A stretch of 12,445 nt of DNA from an uncultured Pseudomonadota bacterium (GTDB lineage Bacteria > BMS3Abin14): the NCBI GenBank assembly GCA_964454175.1, contig CAYVSA010000004.1, positions 46,736-59,180 on the forward strand, given 5' to 3'. Under the pieces are notes generated by a model. That model did not search any database. It was given only the letters and a program-made list of their open reading frames with translations, and was not told the origin of the DNA. This document shows, piece after piece, positions 6,167 through 12,445 of the stretch. Every line of letters begins with the position of its first letter. Positions within the stretch are counted from its first letter, which is position 1. The position numbers were made by a program, and so were the translations under genes.

Positions 6167-8977
6167 ATGACAACAGAAAAAACGAAAGGCTACAAGGACA
6201 CTCTCAATCTTCCTCAGACCGATTTTCCCATGCGAGGCAACCTGCCCGTCAAGGAGCCGGAAAGACTCAAAAAATGGAGTTCCGGGGAGATCTACCGCAA
6301 AATATTGGACTCAAGGAAGGCGGAAGCGAAGTATACACTTCACGACGGGCCTCCTTATGCCAACGGCAACATACACATGGGAACGGCCCTGAACAAGATA
6401 CTGAAAGACTTCGTTGTAAAATCCAAATGGATGAGCGGCTACTACTCACACTACGTTCCTGGCTGGGACTGTCATGGCCTTCCCATCGAGCACAAGGTGG
6501 ACTCGGAGCTTCAAGCACGGGAAAAAGGGCTGTCACCCCTGAAGATCAGGAAAGCCTGCAGGGAATACGCGACCAGATACATCGACATTCAGCGGGAAGA
6601 GTTCAAGAGGCTCGGTGTATTTGGAGACTGGGAAGATCCATACCTGACCATGGCCTATTCTTATGAAGCAAGGATAACCAGAGAACTCGGGACCTTCATA
6701 GATAAGGGTTCAGTTTACAAACAGAAAAAACCCGTCTACTGGTGCGCTTCGTGCGGAACTGCCCTGGCAGAGGCCGAGGTCGAGTACCAGGATCACACTT
6801 CACCCTCGATCTTTGTTCGTTTTTCTTTCCTGGATGACCCGTCAGAAGCAGTTCCGGAACTGAAGGGGATCCCCGCCGGTGTGGTGATCTGGACTACGAC
6901 CCCGTGGACCATACCTGCAAACCTCGCGGTGGCCCTACATCCTGACTTCACTTATGTTGCTATTTCGTGGGCAGGTGAGGCCCTTATCGTCGCCGAGGAC
7001 CTGGCCTCACACCTGGCGGCTGCCATGGGGATCGATGAACCCGAAGTGATAGCAAAGTTCCCGGGCACAGTGCTGGAAGGGCTCAAGACAGCACACCCTT
7101 TATACGATCGAGAGTCGATAATCGTGCTGGCTGACTACGTGACCCTGGAGGCCGGGACCGGATGCGTCCATACGGCACCCGGCCACGGTCAGGAAGACTA
7201 CGCTACGGGCCTCAAGTATGATCTGGAAATTTATGCTCCGGTTGACGACCAGGGGAAATTTACCGACGAAGTTGAGTATTTTTCCGGGAAGTATGTATTT
7301 GACGCCAACCCGGATGTCAGCAGGCTGCTTCGTGAGAAAGGCGCTCTCCTCGCCGAGTCCACTCTCGAACACTCATACCCTCACTGCTGGCGCTGTAAAA
7401 CACCTGTAATCTTTCGAGCAACTGAACAGTGGTTCATATCAATGGAAAAAAACAGCCTCCGGGATAAATCCCTCGATGCGATCCGTTCAGTAAAGTGGAT
7501 ACCCGAATGGGGCCAGCAGCGTATTTACCAGATGATCGAGAACAGGCCGGACTGGTGTATCTCCCGTCAAAGGGCATGGGGATCGCCTATTACTATTTTC
7601 TACTGCAAAACCTGTGATCACCCGCTCATGGACAAAGGCATTTGCGATCACATAGCTGATCTTATGGTTGAAAACGGAGCAGACGTGTGGTTTGCCGAGG
7701 AGGCCGAAAATCTCCTCCCCCCCGGCACATCCTGTTCCTCCTGCGGAGGGACAACCTTTGAGAAAGACACAAATATCCTGGATGTCTGGTTCGACTCGGG
7801 AGTGAGCCACGCTGCAGTACTCGATGACAGAGAAGATCTCACCTGGCCTTGCGATATGTATCTGGAGGGCTCTGATCAGCACAGGGGATGGTTTCACAGC
7901 TCGCTTCTCGCATCAGTGGGCACAAGAGACGAAGCGCCTTACAAAGAAGTTCTGACCCACGGCTACGTGGTTGACGGGGACGGCCGCAAGATGTCCAAAT
8001 CCATGGGAAATGTGATCTCACCCCAGGAGATAATTGACAAACTCGGGGCGGAGATCGTCAGACTCTGGGTGGCGGCGGAAGACTACAGGGAAGATATCAG
8101 GATATCCAAGGAGATCCTGCAGCGGGTGTCAGAGGCCTACAGGCGTGTCAGAAACACCTGCCGCTACCTCACGGGCAACCTGTGTGACTTCGACCCGGAA
8201 AGTGATACCGTTCCATACGAGGAACTGGAGGAGATCGATAAATGGGCCCTGATGAGGCTTTCAAGAGTCACGACCAGAATAAGGTCCGCCTATGACAGCT
8301 ATCAGTATTATATGGTTTTCCACACCCTGCACAACTTCTGCGTCGTCGACCTGTCTAACTTCTACCTGGATGTGCTCAAAGACCGGATGTACGCTTCTCC
8401 CGGCAATTCCAGGATCAGGAGGTCCGCACAGACTGTATTTTTCCAGATTGCAGAAGCCGTCGTCGGCCTCATGGCTCCCATACTTTCGTTCACGGCAGAG
8501 GAAGTCTCAGAGCATCTGCCCGGGGAAAGGCCGGAGAGTGTTTTCCTCGGCAGATTCCCGTCTCCCGATGAAAAATGGGATGACACAACCATTGAAGAAC
8601 GTTACGGCAGGCTTCTCGACATGAGGGAGCTCGTAACTAAAGCTCTTGAGGAAAAAAGGCAGGCAAAGACAATCGGTAATTCCCTCGAAGCCGGCATCGA
8701 CCTTTTCGTCTCAGACAAAGATTCAGCCTCTTTTCTGGAGAGCTTCGGACGTGACCTGGCGGACCTTTTTATCTGCTCCCAGGTGAGGGTTGTTGATGGA
8801 ACTGATATCCCGGAAGGGGCCGTAACAGATGAAAAAGTTCCGGGCTTTGCGGTCCTGGTTGTGCCAGCCGAGGGTCAGAAGTGCGAACGCTGCTGGAAGT
8901 ACACTCCGGAAGTTGGGAGTTTTGACGACCATCCCGGCATCTGCAGACGCTGCCACGACGTCATCATGGAGGGCTGA
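6167..8977 (+). CDS. ileS: Isoleucine--tRNA ligase, type 1, 936 aa
   Basis: YKDTLNLPQTDFPMR, HDGPPYANG, HMGT (HIGH equivalent), GWDCHGLPIE, WTTTPWT editing motif, DWCISRQR, LEGSDQHRGWF, KMSKS and C-terminal CERCW...CRRC zinc finger. Start is ATG 6167 with AGGGA SD at 6156-6160, not 5879. Confidence 0.98.
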   Translation: MTTEKTKGYKDTLNLPQTDFPMRGNLPVKEPERLKKWSSGEIYRKILDSRKAEAKYTLHDGPPYANGNIHMGTALNKILKDFVVKSKWMSGYYSHYVPGWDCHGLPIEHKVDSELQAREKGLSPLKIRKACREYATRYIDIQREEFKRLGVFGDWEDPYLTMAYSYEARITRELGTFIDKGSVYKQKKPVYWCASCGTALAEAEVEYQDHTSPSIFVRFSFLDDPSEAVPELKGIPAGVVIWTTTPWTIPANLAVALHPDFTYVAISWAGEALIVAEDLASHLAAAMGIDEPEVIAKFPGTVLEGLKTAHPLYDRESIIVLADYVTLEAGTGCVHTAPGHGQEDYATGLKYDLEIYAPVDDQGKFTDEVEYFSGKYVFDANPDVSRLLREKGALLAESTLEHSYPHCWRCKTPVIFRATEQWFISMEKNSLRDKSLDAIRSVKWIPEWGQQRIYQMIENRPDWCISRQRAWGSPITIFYCKTCDHPLMDKGICDHIADLMVENGADVWFAEEAENLLPPGTSCSSCGGTTFEKDTNILDVWFDSGVSHAAVLDDREDLTWPCDMYLEGSDQHRGWFHSSLLASVGTRDEAPYKEVLTHGYVVDGDGRKMSKSMGNVISPQEIIDKLGAEIVRLWVAAEDYREDIRISKEILQRVSEAYRRVRNTCRYLTGNLCDFDPESDTVPYEELEEIDKWALMRLSRVTTRIRSAYDSYQYYMVFHTLHNFCVVDLSNFYLDVLKDRMYASPGNSRIRRSAQTVFFQIAEAVVGLMAPILSFTAEEVSEHLPGERPESVFLGRFPSPDEKWDDTTIEERYGRLLDMRELVTKALEEKRQAKTIGNSLEAGIDLFVSDKDSASFLESFGRDLADLFICSQVRVVDGTDIPEGAVTDEKVPGFAVLVVPAEGQKCERCWKYTPEVGSFDDHPGICRRCHDVIMEG

Positions 8978-9456
8978 TGGCTGACCTGATCCTGTTCACA
9001 CTTATCCTGTCCGCTGACAGGATCACCAAGGTGATAATACCCCGCCTTCTGGACCTTAACCATTCGATAACCGTCATACCCTCCTTTTTCGACATCACCT
9101 ATGTCCGCAACACAGGCGGGGCCTTCGGAATACTGGCGGGCTGGGATAGCCCGCTCCGAAGGGCCTTCTTCATCGGGGCATCCGTGTGTGCTATCATATT
9201 GCTGGGCTACCTGTACCGTCAGGCAAAGCGGGAGCAGTCAAATGTCCTGTGTCTCGCCCTGGCCAGTCTGGGAGCGGGTGCTTTTGGAAACCTTTACGAC
9301 CGAGCAGTGACAGGCCAGGTGGTGGATTTTCTCGATGTTTACGTCGGCCATCACCACTGGCCGGCCTTCAACGTCGCGGATTCGGCGATCACGGTTGGAG
9401 CCGCTGTTCTCGTTTTTCTCTACGCTACGGGGCGAGTCGGCAGAGAGGGGCATTGA
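8977..9456 (+). CDS. lspA: Lipoprotein signal peptidase (signal peptidase II)
   Basis: DRITK, NTGGAFG, GNLYDR, VVDF and WPAFNVAD motifs. TGATG overlap with the ileS stop. Confidence 0.96.
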   Translation: MADLILFTLILSADRITKVIIPRLLDLNHSITVIPSFFDITYVRNTGGAFGILAGWDSPLRRAFFIGASVCAIILLGYLYRQAKREQSNVLCLALASLGAGAFGNLYDRAVTGQVVDFLDVYVGHHHWPAFNVADSAITVGAAVLVFLYATGRVGREGH

Positions 9457-9464
9457 GGATCTAA

Positions 9465-10268
9465 ATGTACCCGATTTTATTCAAGATCGGTCCACTAACC
9501 GTACACACGTATGGCCTCATGGTAGCCACTGGCATACTTGCGGGAGTGGCTCTGGCGGAGTTCCTTTTCCGCAGGGAGGGCGGTGAACCCGGCAAGATCA
9601 TTGATCTGGCCCTTATTGCCGTCATTGGCGGCATCATCGGTGCGAGGGCCCTCTTTATCGTCGTCAACCTGGATTATTTTCTGAATAATCCTCTGGAAAT
9701 CCTCATGATATGGCGCGGCGGGCTGGTTTTCTACGGGGGTATGACAGGAGGTGCCCTGGGACTGATAGCCGCTGTCTACTTTAACAGGATGCAGCTGTTA
9801 AGAACTCTGGATGTAAGCGCTGCCGGGCTCACCATGGGACACGCTCTGGGCAGGATCGGCTGCTTCTCAGCTGGCTGCTGCTACGGCAAACCCACAGATC
9901 TTCCGTGGGCGGTAATATTTACAGACCCTCTCAGCCTTGCCACGGGAGTTCTCCACACTCCTGTCCACCCGACCCAACTATATTCATTTTCAGGCCTCCT
10001 GCTCCTGACTATTTACCTCGTATGGCTTCACTCACGCAAACGGTTCCACGGCCAGCTGATGACCACATACCTCATCATCTACAGCCTTTTTCGATTCAGT
10101 GTCGAATTTTTAAGGGGAGATCCCAGGGGCAGTATGGACATACTGGGGATCACTCTCTCCACCAGCCAGATCGTGAGCCTGGTCATCCTGCCGGTGGGCG
10201 TGGTGCTTTACTTCTTTTTCTCAAGGAAACCGATACCAGACACAGATCAGAACCAGCTGCAGGCATAG
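9465..10268 (+). CDS. lgt: Prolipoprotein diacylglyceryl transferase
   Basis: MYPILFKIGPL..YG, GAR, IWRGGLVFYGG, GRIGCF..GCCYG, HPTQLY and RFSVEFLR. GAGGA SD; 8 nt after lspA. Confidence 0.95.
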   Translation: MYPILFKIGPLTVHTYGLMVATGILAGVALAEFLFRREGGEPGKIIDLALIAVIGGIIGARALFIVVNLDYFLNNPLEILMIWRGGLVFYGGMTGGALGLIAAVYFNRMQLLRTLDVSAAGLTMGHALGRIGCFSAGCCYGKPTDLPWAVIFTDPLSLATGVLHTPVHPTQLYSFSGLLLLTIYLVWLHSRKRFHGQLMTTYLIIYSLFRFSVEFLRGDPRGSMDILGITLSTSQIVSLVILPVGVVLYFFFSRKPIPDTDQNQLQA

Positions 10269-10301
10269 GGTTTCCACCAGAAAAAATAACAGGCGATCCT
10301 G

Positions 10302-10331
10302 AAAAAGCCCCGCACAGGCGGGGCTTTTTTT
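10302..10331. terminator. Bidirectional intrinsic terminator between convergent lgt and glnA
   Basis: AAAAAGCCCCGC-acag-GCGGGGCTTTTTTT, a perfect stem with an A-tract and a T-tract. Confidence 0.93.
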
Positions 10332-10360
10332 ATTATATCGCAGGTGATTGCAGTTGTGGA

Positions 10361-11773
10361 TCAGATATCGAAATACAGGGCGAACTCGTAAGGGTGAGGC
10401 CTCAGCCTGATAGCATCGACTTCCGTCTCCCTCTTGTACCCCAGCCACATTTCGATAAGGTCGGGAGTGAAAACATCTCCCTTCAACAGGAACTCATGAT
10501 CCTTTTCCAGGTTGTCCAGGGCCTCTTCCAGCGACCCCGGCGCAGCGGGAATGTTTGCAAGCTCCTCAGGGGGCAGACCGTAAATATTCTTGTCGAGCGG
10601 CTCACCGGGATCCAACCGATTCTCCACACCGTCCAGTCCCGCCATCAGAAGGGCTGAAAATGCCAGGTAGCTGTTGCAGGTTGGGTCAGGGGTCCTGAAC
10701 TCTATCCTCTTTGCCTTGGGGCTTGCCGAGTAGAGCGGGATCCTGATGGCGGCGCTCCGGTTTCTGGAAGAATACACAAGGTTGATAGGAGCTTCGTAAC
10801 CGGGAACCAGTCTCCGATATGAGTTCGTCGTTGGATTAGTGAGGGCGCACAGGGCTGGAGCATGTCTGAGAATGCCGCCTATAAAGTGCATCGCCATCTC
10901 GCTGAGTCCACCATAGCGATCGCCGGCAAACAGGGGGTTCCCATCCTTCCAGATACTGATGTGAGTGTGCATACCCGAGCCGTTGTCCTCGAAAATGGGC
11001 TTGGGCATAAAAGTTGCTGTTTTCCCGTGCTTGCGCGCAACGTTCTTGACCACGTACTTGAACCACATGAGCTGATCGGAGGCAGAAACGAGGGGCATGT
11101 ACTTCATGTCGATCTCTGCCTGGCCTGCGGTTGCTACTTCATGGTGCTCGGCCTCGATCTCGATCCCCAGGGATTCCAGGACCTGAACCATTTCGACCCT
11201 TATAGCTGAAGTGCTGTCGGTAGGTGCGCAGGGGAAATATCCACCGCCGTGCCTGGGCTTATATCCAAGGTTGGGGTTTTCCTCCCTGCCCGAGTTCCAC
11301 CAACCCTCGACCGAGTCGATGTAATAGAAAGCAGAGTTTGGGGTCTGCTCGAACCGGACATCGTCCAGAATGAAGAATTCGGCTTCAGGCCCGAGGTAAG
11401 CGGTATCCCCGAGACCGGTGGACTTCAGGTAGCTCTCCGCTTTCCTTGCAACGAATCGGGGGTCTCTCGAATAAGATTCCTTTGTGATAGGATCGACGAT
11501 ATTGCAGATAAGGGACAGCGTAGGCACTGAAGCAAAGGGGTCCATTACAGCGGTTTCAGGGTCCGGCACCACCAGCATGTCGCTTGCGTGGATCGGCTGC
11601 CAGCCTCTGATGCTCGAGCCGTCGAATCCATAACCATCTTCGAAAGAGTCCTCCTCAAGCTGACTGATGGGAACGCCGAAATGCTGCCAGGTACCCGGCA
11701 GGTCCATAAATTTAAGATCAACCATCTTCACATTGTTTTTCTTGGCAAATTCCAGAACTTCTTTAGGTGTCAT
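10361..11773 (-). CDS. glnA: Glutamine synthetase type I (GSI-beta), 470 aa
   Basis: [53 protein letters not shown] and the adenylylation-site context [11 protein letters not shown]. Start ATG 11773 with GGAGG at 11782-11786. Confidence 0.98.
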   Translation of the reverse strand: MTPKEVLEFAKKNNVKMVDLKFMDLPGTWQHFGVPISQLEEDSFEDGYGFDGSSIRGWQPIHASDMLVVPDPETAVMDPFASVPTLSLICNIVDPITKESYSRDPRFVARKAESYLKSTGLGDTAYLGPEAEFFILDDVRFEQTPNSAFYYIDSVEGWWNSGREENPNLGYKPRHGGGYFPCAPTDSTSAIRVEMVQVLESLGIEIEAEHHEVATAGQAEIDMKYMPLVSASDQLMWFKYVVKNVARKHGKTATFMPKPIFEDNGSGMHTHISIWKDGNPLFAGDRYGGLSEMAMHFIGGILRHAPALCALTNPTTNSYRRLVPGYEAPINLVYSSRNRSAAIRIPLYSASPKAKRIEFRTPDPTCNSYLAFSALLMAGLDGVENRLDPGEPLDKNIYGLPPEELANIPAAPGSLEEALDNLEKDHEFLLKGDVFTPDLIEMWLGYKRETEVDAIRLRPHPYEFALYFDI

Positions 11774-11814
11774 AACCCTAACCTCCAATTCGATTCATTT
11801 TAAGCCCGGCCGAG

Positions 11815-12295
<481 letters not shown>

Positions 12296-12309
12296 TCTGC
12301 AAAGAATAA

Positions 12310-12326
12310 TGCCTTCAATTTGGGCA
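12310..12326. promoter_or_regulatory. NtrC-like enhancer site 2
   Basis: 17 bp TGCCTTCAATTTGGGCA, centred 31 bp from site 1. Confidence 0.65.
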
Positions 12327-12423
12327 GACAACAGCTATCTACCGCCAAGGTTGCAATTATAGTAGTGAAAGATGAATGATGGAAGAGGGAGTATGCGTAT
12401 CGGGGTGTCGGAGTGGTGAAGGG

Positions 12424-12444
12424 GCCTTGGGCCTTGGGCGTTGG
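12424..12444 (+). repeat. Heptamer tandem repeat GCSTTGG x3 (may continue past the edge)
   Basis: gccttgg|gccttgg|gcgttgg, the same unit family as 45-74. It is preceded by 8-mers gtatcggg|gtgtcgga at 12397-12412. Confidence 0.75.
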
Positions 12445-12445
12445 T

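Noticed and set aside
9905-10657. 250-aa ORF spanning lgt, the terminator and the glnA 3' end
   Set aside because: It crosses a strong terminator, overlaps two real genes and has low-complexity composition.
12333-12348. Second sigma-54-like motif TTGGCGGTAGATAGCT on the minus strand
   Set aside because: The GG-to-GC spacing is 9 nt rather than the required 10.
12372-12419. Short plus-strand ORF MNDGRGSMRIGVSEW with an SD-like GAGGGA
   Set aside because: It lies in a purine-rich repetitive tract and is too short to support.

Overview
Housekeeping window from a moderately GC-rich bacterium. It is probably diderm and Deltaproteobacteria/Desulfobacterota-like; this is inferred from the glnB-glnA(GSI-beta) pair under a sigma-54 promoter and the ileS-lspA-lgt operon, and was not verified. 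Left, minus strand: xseB-ispA-dxs-tlyA-nadK, possibly followed by the first codons of recN at the window edge, with no xseA in front of xseB. Middle, plus strand: a DUF445 membrane protein, then a sigma-70 promoter, a transcriptional Ile T-box riboswitch (ATC specifier, T-box, antiterminator and terminator all readable) and ileS-lspA-lgt, ending at a bidirectional terminator. Right, minus strand: glnB-glnA with a sigma-54 promoter, an IHF site and two NtrC-like enhancer sites. No mobile element, CRISPR array, tRNA or rRNA was seen. The strongest non-coding signal is the T-box: it sits in an apparently non-Firmicutes host, has an atypical Stem II, and would place lipoprotein-maturation genes under tRNA-Ile control. 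Weaker signals are a structured nadK leader, heptamer tandem repeats at both ends, and a small hydrophobic ORF where xseA normally lies. I cannot support a novel protein-coding system here.
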